Shown here one piece after another: positions 9,334 to 17,569 of a stretch of 54,947 nucleotides of DNA; the first letter of the stretch is position 1; every line of letters begins with the position of its first letter. Made by a program: the position numbers and the translations under genes. A model generated the notes under the pieces. It was not told the DNA's origin, did not search any database, and saw only the letters and a program-made list of their open reading frames with translations. The DNA lies in the NCBI GenBank assembly GCA_038997355.1, contig JAWBAC010000004.1, positions 1 to 54,947 on the forward strand, read 5' to 3'. Source of the stretch: Candidatus Aenigmatarchaeota archaeon. Its GTDB lineage: Archaea; Aenigmatarchaeota; Aenigmatarchaeia; CG10238-14; SpSt-28.

Positions 9334-9834
9334 ATGAACGATATTAATAAACTAAAAGCAAAAATAGAAGCACTACTTTTTGCCGCTTCTAGGCCTCTAT
9401 CTATAAAATCAATTTGCAATATTCTAAAAGAGAGTGAAGAAAATGTAAAAAACGCATTAAAAAAATTAATAGAAGAATATTCTAATCCAGAAAGAGCCAT
9501 GGAAATAATAGAAACTCCAGAAGGTTATGAAATGATAATAAAAGCGGAATATAGGAATTATGCATCACAAGTTGCTAGTTTTAGCGATTTAAGTAAAGGA
9601 GCGTTAAAAACTTTAGCATTAATAATACTTCAACATCCAATAAAACAAAGTGATATAGTAAAAATTCAAGGAAATAGAGCATATGATTATATAAAAATGT
9701 TAGAGAAAAAAGGATTAATAGTATCAAAAAAGGTTGGAAATACAAAAGTTTTATTACCTAGCGAGAATTTAGAAAAATATTTTGGTATGAAGATTGAAAA
9801 TATAAAAGAAGAATTAAAGAAATATATTCAATAA
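9334..9834 (+). CDS. scpB: segregation and condensation protein B
   Basis: IEALLFAA..PL, LS..AL.TLA.I...HPI.QS.I..I.G, two winged-helix domains. Confidence 0.92.
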   Translation: MNDINKLKAKIEALLFAASRPLSIKSICNILKESEENVKNALKKLIEEYSNPERAMEIIETPEGYEMIIKAEYRNYASQVASFSDLSKGALKTLALIILQHPIKQSDIVKIQGNRAYDYIKMLEKKGLIVSKKVGNTKVLLPSENLEKYFGMKIENIKEELKKYIQ

Positions 9835-10556
9835 TGAAAACTCTAATGTCATTAGATCCAACAAAAAGTTTAGAGAGACAAATAGAATTAGCAAAAAGTA
9901 TTGGATTTGATGGTGTAGAAATAATTTTAGAAGATGATGCTCAAAAGGAAATATTAAATGAAAAGCAAAGAGAAAAACTGAAAAGTTTAATTAGAGAGAA
10001 GAAAATGATCGTTGTTTTCCATCTTCCTAATTGGTTAGACATTTTAGACGAAAAAGATAAAAAAGAAATAATATATTTTTCAGAAATTATTAAAAAAGAA
10101 TTTAATTCTTTTTGTGATGTGCATATACATGCAAAAAAGTCAGAAGAAGTTAAAAATTTTATATATGTTTCAAAAGAATTTGAAAATTCTAATATTTCTT
10201 TTGAAAATATGTTCCAAGATATTGAAACTCTTACAGAAATATTAGATAACACTAAAATTAAAATAACTATAGATATTTCTCACTTACTTGCTGTTAATAA
10301 TTTACAGAAATCTTTTAACTTTTTACAAAAATATAAAAATAGAATTTTTCATCTTCATTTTTCAGATGGTATGAAAAATTCACATTCACACTTTGCATTA
10401 GGTAATGGAACTTTTCCTATACCAAAAATTATAAGATTTCTTAAAGAAAATTTTGAAGATAAAACAATAACTTTCGAAATTTATGATACAAATATTCCTG
10501 AAATTGATTATGAAATCTCTCTAAATTTATTTAAATATTATTATGAGGGAAAGTAA
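9834..10556 (+). CDS. sugar phosphate isomerase/epimerase-like TIM-barrel protein
   Basis: GFDGVEI, FENM, DISH, HFSD, H.ALG.G and TFE metal-ligand motifs. Confidence 0.8.
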   Translation: MKTLMSLDPTKSLERQIELAKSIGFDGVEIILEDDAQKEILNEKQREKLKSLIREKKMIVVFHLPNWLDILDEKDKKEIIYFSEIIKKEFNSFCDVHIHAKKSEEVKNFIYVSKEFENSNISFENMFQDIETLTEILDNTKIKITIDISHLLAVNNLQKSFNFLQKYKNRIFHLHFSDGMKNSHSHFALGNGTFPIPKIIRFLKENFEDKTITFEIYDTNIPEIDYEISLNLFKYYYEGK

Positions 10557-11250
10557 ATCAAAAATTAAAGAAATCTTAAATGATTTTTTCGACGACTATT
10601 TTGAAAGCTTTTTTTCTATTTCTTTTGATTTTATAGCAAAGAAATCGAAGAAATTCTACTTTATAAAAGTTTTAGAAAATTTAAATTCTGTAACTCCAGA
10701 AATTACTGAAGACTTAAAAAATTTGGAAAGTTTTTGTTCCTCAGATTCCATAATAATCTCTAATAGAACCTCAAGAAAATTTCTAAGTAATTATGTTTAT
10801 TTCAGAAAAGGTGTAAAGGTCTTAAGATTGGAGTTATTAGAAAAATATGTAAACGATGAAAAGCTTCCTATGTATAGATATGGAAAAGTTGTTACAGAAA
10901 TTGATTATGAGAAGCTAAAAAGAGAGAGAGAAAGAAGAGGATTGTCTCTAAATAAATTATCTAAGCTCTTAAACATTAGTAAAAAACATTTATACGAAAT
11001 TGAAAATAATATCAAAAAACCTTCGCTTGAGCTTGCAAAAAAGATCGAAAAACTTCTAGATATAAAGATAATTAAAAATCCTAAAAAAATTATTGAAAAG
11101 AAAAGAGTCTATAATTTTTACAAAATTAGTTCTATAAAAGGTATTGTGGAAGAAAACGAAAGATATTTAATACCTAAGGACGACGAAAATGCTTATATGG
11201 AAAGTAAAGAGATTTGCGAATTTTTAAATATAAAACTCAAATTATATTGA
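10543..11250 (+). CDS. archaeal transcriptional regulator with a Cro/XRE HTH
   Basis: FDFIAK...IKVL.N N-domain and LKRERERRGLSL..LS.LLNISKK.LYEIEN HTH. Confidence 0.8.
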   Translation: MRESKSKIKEILNDFFDDYFESFFSISFDFIAKKSKKFYFIKVLENLNSVTPEITEDLKNLESFCSSDSIIISNRTSRKFLSNYVYFRKGVKVLRLELLEKYVNDEKLPMYRYGKVVTEIDYEKLKRERERRGLSLNKLSKLLNISKKHLYEIENNIKKPSLELAKKIEKLLDIKIIKNPKKIIEKKRVYNFYKISSIKGIVEENERYLIPKDDENAYMESKEICEFLNIKLKLY

Positions 11251-11638
11251 TTACTTCAACATTTTCATTTTCTTTCAACTTTTTTATTATAAATCTTCTA
11301 TGACATTTCCAATAAAACCTTTCAGCACACATTATACAAACAACATCTTTATTTATTAACTCCAAAAGTTTTTTAAATCCCTTTTTAAATTCCTCTGTAT
11401 TCATATAATTTTCGTATCCTCCTTCTCTAAAACCACCTAATTCTTCTATATGAACATATTTTATATCATGTTTTCCCAAAACGTTTTTTAGATTTTCTTT
11501 GTTAAACCAAGGAAATTTTTTGCTAGTTGGAAACCTTCTCACATCAACTAAAATTTTTATGTTATGTTTTTTAAGAAGATTTAAAAAATCATTTATCTCT
11601 CTATTACTATGACCAATGGTAAATACAAGCTTTTTCAT
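11237..11638 (-). CDS. DUF488 family protein
   Basis: FTIGHS, LVDVRRFP.S, ELGG.R, MCAE....CHR. Confidence 0.9.
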   Translation of the reverse strand: MKKLVFTIGHSNREINDFLNLLKKHNIKILVDVRRFPTSKKFPWFNKENLKNVLGKHDIKYVHIEELGGFREGGYENYMNTEEFKKGFKKLLELINKDVVCIMCAERFYWKCHRRFIIKKLKENENVEVINII

Positions 11639-12575
11639 ATAATTTTTATTTTTCTTAAAAAAGTTTTTGCAAAACTTTTTGTAATTCTAATTGTATTTAA
11701 AACGGTAAACCTTTTTCTAACATATTTTGAAAGCAAAAAACATTTCAATATTTCTTTTTTATCTATTTTTATTTCTTTGTAATTTTTTGGTATTTTGTAT
11801 TCCTCAAAAAATTCCCTTAAATTTAAATCATCATACCCCATTTGCAAATTTCTCATTATTATACTTCCTAAACCAACTTGAAAGCCATGAAAAGATTTTT
11901 GTTTTGAAAATAAATCTATCGAATGAGAAAAGTTATGCTCACTACCACTTATTGGGCGAGAGCTTTTTGCATAATAAGCTGCTAAACCGCTAAACTTAAA
12001 AGAATTTATTAGCTTCCTTATATCGTGTTTTATCAATATTTTTTTGGAATTTTTGTAAGAAATTTTTGCACATTCTTCAGAAAATTTAAAAGCTTTTTTA
12101 TTTATTTCTTCTCCGATTTTTTCATTAGCGATTTTCCAATCTTCTAGTGCAACAAATTTTGCTATAGCATCGCAAAAACCTGCTTTTAAAGTTTCTTCGG
12201 GAGCTTTTCTTATTAAGTTTAAGCTTATGAAAACTTTTTTAGGTAATTTATAAAATATTGATTTTACTGATTTCTTAAATTTTAAAGAAATTGTTGGAGA
12301 TATGAAAACATCCGAAGATAATGAAATAGGAATAGTTATGAAATCTTTTTTATACTCATATGCAAGAAATTTTACCTTATCTATTAATTTACCAGATCCA
12401 AAGGCTATAAGAATTTTTGTTTCAAATAAATCTTTAGATTCTAAATTTTCTATGCTTGTTTTATTATAGCATTTTAAAAAATTCAAATACTTTTCTGAAG
12501 TTTTATCATATATTACTAAGGAATTTTTGAACTTCAGTAAGTTTATTTTATCTTTCTTGATAACGATTTTAGCAT
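11635..12575 (-). CDS. egsA: sn-glycerol-1-phosphate dehydrogenase (EgsA-like); 5' end apparently frameshifted
   Basis: G.G..ID..K, S.D...SP, AGF.D.IAK, SSRP.SGSEH.FSH, HG.QVG. The frame stays open upstream of TTG 12486 but has no in-frame ATG. ATG 12575 is one base out of frame. Confidence 0.75.
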
Positions 12576-12600
12576 AAATAAATGTTTTTCTTATAATTTT

Positions 12601-12927
12601 ATGGAAATATCTTACGAAGAATTCAAAAAAGTAGAAATGAGAGTAGGAAGAATAATAGATGTACAGGAAATACCTGGGTCAAAAAATCTTTATAAACTAA
12701 TAGTTGATTTCGGTAACGAAAAAAGACAAGCAATCTCAGGGATAAAAAACTTTTATAAAAAAGAAGATTTGATTGGCAAGCAATTTGTTTTTGTAACTAA
12801 TTTAGAAAGGAAAAAGTTTTTTGGAGAGGAAAGTCAATGCATGATACTAGCAGCACAAGATGAAAATGGAAATATTGCTTTAATTAAGCCTGAAAAAGAA
12901 ATAAAGGAAGGTAGTAGAATACTATGA
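12601..12927 (+). CDS. stand-alone tRNA-binding OB-fold protein (Trbp111/CsaA/MetRS C-domain)
   Basis: F.KVEMRVGRI, LYKL.VDFG.E.RQ..SGI, NL......GEESQ.MILAA. Confidence 0.9.
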   Translation: MEISYEEFKKVEMRVGRIIDVQEIPGSKNLYKLIVDFGNEKRQAISGIKNFYKKEDLIGKQFVFVTNLERKKFFGEESQCMILAAQDENGNIALIKPEKEIKEGSRIL

Positions 12928-13217
12928 AAGTTTATGTTTTAGAAAAGAAAAATTTGAAAAAAGTTGAAGAGATTTTGACAAAGAATGAAAAAACTTCTAT
13001 GCTTTCCATTTATTTTAGAGATTTTAAGACTCTCGGCTTAGAAGAAGATAAAGTGGCTTTAATTTTAGATGGTTTGGAAGAATATATTAAAATAGCAGAT
13101 GATTTAATAAAAGATTTTGTAGAAGTTCCAGATGAAAGTTTGAAAAATGAAATATTGAAAAGGTTTGAAGAAGAAGAGAAAAAAGCAAGAGAAGGTTTTG
13201 GATTTTTATTTTCTTAA
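12924..13217 (+). CDS. hypothetical protein
   Basis: ATGA-coupled 97-aa ORF ending EEEKKAREGFGFLFS. Confidence 0.7.
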   Translation: MKVYVLEKKNLKKVEEILTKNEKTSMLSIYFRDFKTLGLEEDKVALILDGLEEYIKIADDLIKDFVEVPDESLKNEILKRFEEEEKKAREGFGFLFS

Positions 13218-13239
13218 ATTTTTTATTAATTTTTTATAT

Positions 13240-13314
13240 GCCCCGGTAGCTCAGCATGGACAGAGCGGCGGCCTTCTAAGCCGTAGGTCGCGGGTTCAAA
13301 TCCCGCCCGGGGCA
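13240..13314 (+). tRNA. tRNA-Arg(UCU)
   Basis: GCCCCGG/CCGGGGC acceptor stem, GCGGC-CT-TCT-AA-GCCGT anticodon arm, GGTTCAAATCC. Confidence 0.96.
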
Positions 13315-13496
13315 ATAAGATAATACAGCTATTCTTTATACTTTAATTTGTCTTAAATTTATGTGAAAATCTTTTTCAAACTTAGGAAATCTTATTACCA
13401 TTTTTGAGCAGAGAAGTCAATTTTTTTAAAGTGATTTCAGAAATTTTAAATAGCAGTAAATGAATAAATAGATAACTGCTATATATTAGTACGATT

Positions 13497-14027
13497 ATGA
13501 AAAGATTAAGCCAAACTACTTCTGAAACTTGTCTTCCAATTAGTTTAATATATATACTTTTGAAAATGAAGAAAAATGTAAAGAGAAGTGAGGAACTAAA
13601 TATTTTAATTAAGGGAATAAAATTTACAAAATTAGATTATAGCATAGGGCAATTAGTTTATGTTGCGAAAAAATATAAAGTTAGAATAAGATTTTATGTA
13701 GAATTTAAAAAATTCTTCGAAAAGTTAAATAAATTCAAACTTCCAAAAAACTTAGAGCTTTTAAATAAAAAAATTGATCTAAATCTATTAAAAGAGTTAA
13801 TAAAAGAAGGACCTTTAATAGTTTATGTTGATGATTTTTATATAAGGCGAGTTATCCATTATCCTCATTTCGTAGTTTTATTAAATATAAATGAAAGTGT
13901 AAAATTTTTTGATCCATGGGATGGTAAGATAAAGAAAATTGATAAAAAGCGTTTTATTAATGGAATACAATATTTAAGAAATAAATTAAAGTTTTCTCCA
14001 AAAGTTATTCAAATTTTTCCTAGTTAA
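13497..14027 (+). CDS. peptidase C39-like cysteine protease
   Basis: Q.....C (SQTTSETC), HFVVL and FFDPW catalytic pattern. Confidence 0.78.
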   Translation: MKRLSQTTSETCLPISLIYILLKMKKNVKRSEELNILIKGIKFTKLDYSIGQLVYVAKKYKVRIRFYVEFKKFFEKLNKFKLPKNLELLNKKIDLNLLKELIKEGPLIVYVDDFYIRRVIHYPHFVVLLNINESVKFFDPWDGKIKKIDKKRFINGIQYLRNKLKFSPKVIQIFPS

Positions 14028-14117
14028 CATTAATTTAATCTTAAATCTTAGTATTATATTAAGAAGTATTACAATAACTAATATTAAAATTTTTAATTGT
14101 TTTATTAATTTTTATAT

Positions 14118-14187
14118 GCATTGACAATTCAGCATAGATAAATCGTGCTTTTAAGTCGCAAGTTGAAGTTTGAATCTCGTTCTAGCA
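14118..14187 (+). pseudogene. decayed duplicate of tRNA-Arg(UCU)
   Basis: Manual alignment to 13240-13314 gives about 44/75 identities, with mismatches mostly C>T and G>A. The upstream flank TTTATTAATTTTT(T)ATATGC is also duplicated. Confidence 0.75.
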
Positions 14188-14230
14188 TATTAAATTTACA
14201 AAATTTAAAAATTTGGATTACTTTAAAATA

Positions 14231-14452
14231 ATGGGAGAAATGAAATTTATCTTGACTTTCATGATGATTGTTATAACGCTTGTTTCTATAATATCCTCGT
14301 CTAATAGTTTGGTTAATCCACTTTCAATTATGAGAGATAAAATCGTGGATATTTTTTCGGATATAACAACGAGTATTGTTTTATTTTTAATTCTTCTAAT
14401 AATAATACCATACGTAATTATCAAGCATCTATCTACTAGAAATTTAAGATAA
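14231..14452 (+). CDS. small two-TM membrane protein
   Basis: Two hydrophobic helices and a basic C-terminal tail. Confidence 0.45.
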   Translation: MGEMKFILTFMMIVITLVSIISSSNSLVNPLSIMRDKIVDIFSDITTSIVLFLILLIIIPYVIIKHLSTRNLR

Positions 14453-14596
14453 AACTATAACTTCGAAAGAGTTTGAATATAGCTTATTAAATTCGAAACT
14501 TAATTGACTATTTACTCTAATTCTTCTATTTGAAAAAATTTAGAATTTTCTTGTTTTGACAACTTTTGAAAAATAACTTATTCTAATTCTTTATTT

Positions 14597-14980
14597 ATGG
14601 AAAAAGAAAATTTTATTAAAGAATCTATTAAAAGTTTATATTCTTTGATTTCGACATCTTGCTTTCAAATTTTTACATCTACTTCTATTCCTAAAAAATT
14701 CTTAAATTACATAAGAATAGAGAAAACTCAATACAAAATTTCTTTTGAATGGTGTTACAAAAACGAATGTATAATGAGAATTTATGTGATTAACGATTCA
14801 GAACCAATCTTAAGAATATCACTACTCTGGCCAAAAGATTATGCTTTACCAAAAACTTATTCGATGTTTGCGGAATCTCCAGATTTCTATTATGTTGATA
14901 AAAGCATTAGAATAGAAAAATATAATTTCAACGAAATCTGCAAAAAAATTAAAGAGGAGTTAGAAAAATTAATTTTATGA
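14597..14980 (+). CDS. hypothetical protein
   Basis: 127 aa, ATGA-coupled to the downstream Nudix gene. Confidence 0.6.
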   Translation: MEKENFIKESIKSLYSLISTSCFQIFTSTSIPKKFLNYIRIEKTQYKISFEWCYKNECIMRIYVINDSEPILRISLLWPKDYALPKTYSMFAESPDFYYVDKSIRIEKYNFNEICKKIKEELEKLIL

Positions 14981-15387
14981 TAATTTCATGTGGAGCTATA
15001 GTTTTTTACAAAGAAAACGAAAAAATAGAATTTTTGCTACTAAAATATCCAAATTATTGGGGATTTCCTAAGGGCGAAATGGAACCAAATGAAAGCGAAA
15101 TAGAGACAGCAAGAAGAGAAATAAAAGAAGAGACAAACCTAGATGTGGAATTCATTCCGGGATTTAGAAAAGAATATGAATATTTCTTTTGGCTAAAAGG
15201 TAAATTAGTAAAGAAGAAAGCTGTTTTCTTTTTAGCTAAAGCAAAAAGCAAAGATGTAAAAATTTCTTGGGAACATGAAGATTACAAATGGCTAACATTT
15301 GAAGAAGCTCTAAAAACATTAACATTTGAAGAAGATAAAGAAAATTTAAAAGCTGCTTACGAATTCATAAAAAGTTTAAACATTTAA
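14977..15387 (+). CDS. Nudix hydrolase, Ap4A-hydrolase-like
   Basis: SCGAIVF, WGFPKG.ME..ESE..TARREIKEET, S.EH..Y.W. Confidence 0.88.
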   Translation: MIISCGAIVFYKENEKIEFLLLKYPNYWGFPKGEMEPNESEIETARREIKEETNLDVEFIPGFRKEYEYFFWLKGKLVKKKAVFFLAKAKSKDVKISWEHEDYKWLTFEEALKTLTFEEDKENLKAAYEFIKSLNI

Positions 15388-15391
15388 ATCA

Positions 15392-16219
15392 TCAAAACTT
15401 ATAACCTAATTTCTCTAATATTTTTTTCATTTTTAAGCTATCCTGCTCTAAGATTGGACTTTCTGAAATTATTGTTATGTTTTCTATTTTTCTTTCGATC
15501 AAAACTTCTGCTAATTCCTTAAAGCTAGGATGAGAATTTATTGGTTCGTGCTCATCAATGAATTTCTTTGTTTTTAGATTAAATTTCATATTAGAAAAAT
15601 GAGTATGATAATAATCGAACTTCGCTAAATCAAAAATCTCATCATAATCTATTTTTCCATCGTTATAAGCAAAAATATGTGCAAAATCTATGCATATTCC
15701 AAAATTTTTGCTCTTTATTCTATCTTTAAATTCTAATAATGTTTGAAAATCTGCAAATTGAGATGTTTTTGCCATAGTTTCATAGAGCAAAACAGAATTT
15801 TTTATTTTTTTCTTTTTCATTTCATCTAAGATTTCTCCAGTTATTTCAATCATCTTTTCGAATGCTTCTTGTTTACTTAATTTTCCATAATATGCTGCAT
15901 GAACTACTACAAATTCTGCTTGCATTATTTCTGCCAGTTCTAAACTTCTAAGAATAAAAAATTTACTCTTTTTAACTACTTCTTTCTTTTCGCTTAAAAG
16001 GTTAATATAATAAGGTGCATGAATGCTAAGCTTTACATCTAATTCTTTTGCTATTTTTCCAACTTCCTCAGCTTGTTTTTCATTTAAATAAATGTTTCTA
16101 ACAAACTCTATTTCCATAGCATTCAATCCTAAATTTTTAACTTCCTTAATTCCTTCTATTGTATTTTTTCTTTCTTTTGGTAAAGTAGTTGGTAAACCAG
16201 CAGGCCCTAATCTAATCAT
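15392..16219 (-). CDS. nfo: endonuclease IV (archaeal type)
   Basis: HAPYYINL.S, VVH, ETM.K..QF, DFAH, HFS, E.H, ISESP.LE.D. Confidence 0.9.
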   Translation of the reverse strand: MIRLGPAGLPTTLPKERKNTIEGIKEVKNLGLNAMEIEFVRNIYLNEKQAEEVGKIAKELDVKLSIHAPYYINLLSEKKEVVKKSKFFILRSLELAEIMQAEFVVVHAAYYGKLSKQEAFEKMIEITGEILDEMKKKKIKNSVLLYETMAKTSQFADFQTLLEFKDRIKSKNFGICIDFAHIFAYNDGKIDYDEIFDLAKFDYYHTHFSNMKFNLKTKKFIDEHEPINSHPSFKELAEVLIERKIENITIISESPILEQDSLKMKKILEKLGYKF

Positions 16220-16226
16220 AAATTAA

Positions 16227-16838
16227 CTATTTGTAGATTTCCTTCATATTGTTTAAGAACATTATTATAAACTTTATAATCGCATAATCAAATTCATCCA
16301 TATTCTTTGCTGCTATTTCTACAAAATTAACTCTATGAACTTTTATGTATGTATCATTAGAAATTAGGTAAGATTTTAAAAACACATAATATGAATTACT
16401 CGATATGTTAATTTCATTAATGTCTCTTTTAATCTTTATTACATTTGTTTGCATTTTATCATAAATATAACCTTGTTTCGATATTTCATAGTTTAAAACA
16501 TTTACAACTTTAGAAGCTAGCTCAAAAGCACCTATTGCTGTTACTTCATTATCGTCTTTTTCAAATATTACTATTGTAAAGTTTTTAAACATACCTAGAG
16601 CTAAAGCATAAGTCGAAATGTTTAACATAGATTCGTTGGGTAAAACTTTTATAGTTTTTGATAATTCTATTGGTTTTCTAAACTCAATATTATAACCTTT
16701 ATAATTGTAATAGTATTTATAAATTTCTTGCTCTTTGAATTTAACTATCGAAAAATAAATAGTTAAAGTTGTTATTAAAGCAGCTAAAATAAATGCAATT
16801 AAAAAAACGTTTAATCTTATTTTTATTTCTCTTACCAT
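16227..16838 (-). CDS. hypothetical membrane-anchored protein
   Basis: One N-terminal TM helix followed by a soluble domain. Confidence 0.65.
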   Translation of the reverse strand: MVREIKIRLNVFLIAFILAALITTLTIYFSIVKFKEQEIYKYYYNYKGYNIEFRKPIELSKTIKVLPNESMLNISTYALALGMFKNFTIVIFEKDDNEVTAIGAFELASKVVNVLNYEISKQGYIYDKMQTNVIKIKRDINEINISSNSYYVFLKSYLISNDTYIKVHRVNFVEIAAKNMDEFDYAIIKFIIMFLNNMKEIYK

Positions 16839-16873
16839 ATAAATAACTATTACTCAAACTTTATAAATTATTA

Positions 16874-17569
16874 TTACAAAGATTCTTTGCTATACTTCTC
16901 TATTACTATTTTGTCAAATGGTTTTTCTTGAAATGTTTTTATTTTTTGTTGAAGTTCAAGGTGTAAAATAGAAAAAAAAGTTGAATAAAATTCTCTAAAA
17001 TTTCTACTTTGCAAAATTTCGTCAAAGAATATTTTTTCTTTAGATTTAAGAAGATTTTCAACTCTTTCATAAACTTGCTGAATAATTTTTTCTATATCCA
17101 TTTCTTCGAAATAATCTTTGAATCTTTCTTCGATTTGTTTTCTTAGCTTTTTTCTGTACTCCTTTTTTTCTTTTAAAGCTAGAACTTTTCTTAGAGAATC
17201 TATTAATTCTTCTAAGGTTATTTGAGATATTGGCAATCTTTTTGTTGGTAATGAAAGTTCTAAATTGCTTATATCTATCTTAGGAAGTTCTAATATTTCT
17301 CTTATTTCTTCTTGAATTTCTTGCTCTTGCGGAAATAGCAAATCAACTTTTAGTTTTAATAAAAATATTGCAATATATAAAACTTTTGCAGGAATTCTAA
17401 AATCTAATTCTCTAGCTCTGTTAACATATTCTAAGAACTTATCGCAAAGCTTAACTAAATCTATATCGTATGGATTTAAATTTTCGAACTCGACAATATA
17501 ATAAATTAGTTTTTCCCAATTTCCACTTTCAATTATTTCAAATATGTTAACTACTTGCATATTCAGCAA
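16874..17569 (-). CDS. scpA: segregation and condensation protein A (kleisin)
   Basis: W..L......E.LNPYDIDL..L...FL, LK, F.SILHL....I...Q..PF..I. Directly downstream of smc. Alternative start at 17560. Confidence 0.9.
   Translation of the reverse strand: MLNMQVVNIFEIIESGNWEKLIYYIVEFENLNPYDIDLVKLCDKFLEYVNRARELDFRIPAKVLYIAIFLLKLKVDLLFPQEQEIQEEIREILELPKIDISNLELSLPTKRLPISQITLEELIDSLRKVLALKEKKEYRKKLRKQIEERFKDYFEEMDIEKIIQQVYERVENLLKSKEKIFFDEILQSRNFREFYSTFFSILHLELQQKIKTFQEKPFDKIVIEKYSKESL

Noticed and set aside
11196-11213. 18-nt exact match TATGGAAAGTAAAGAGAT with 38795-38812
   Set aside because: About one such match is expected by chance in 55 kb of this base composition, and the similarity does not extend convincingly.
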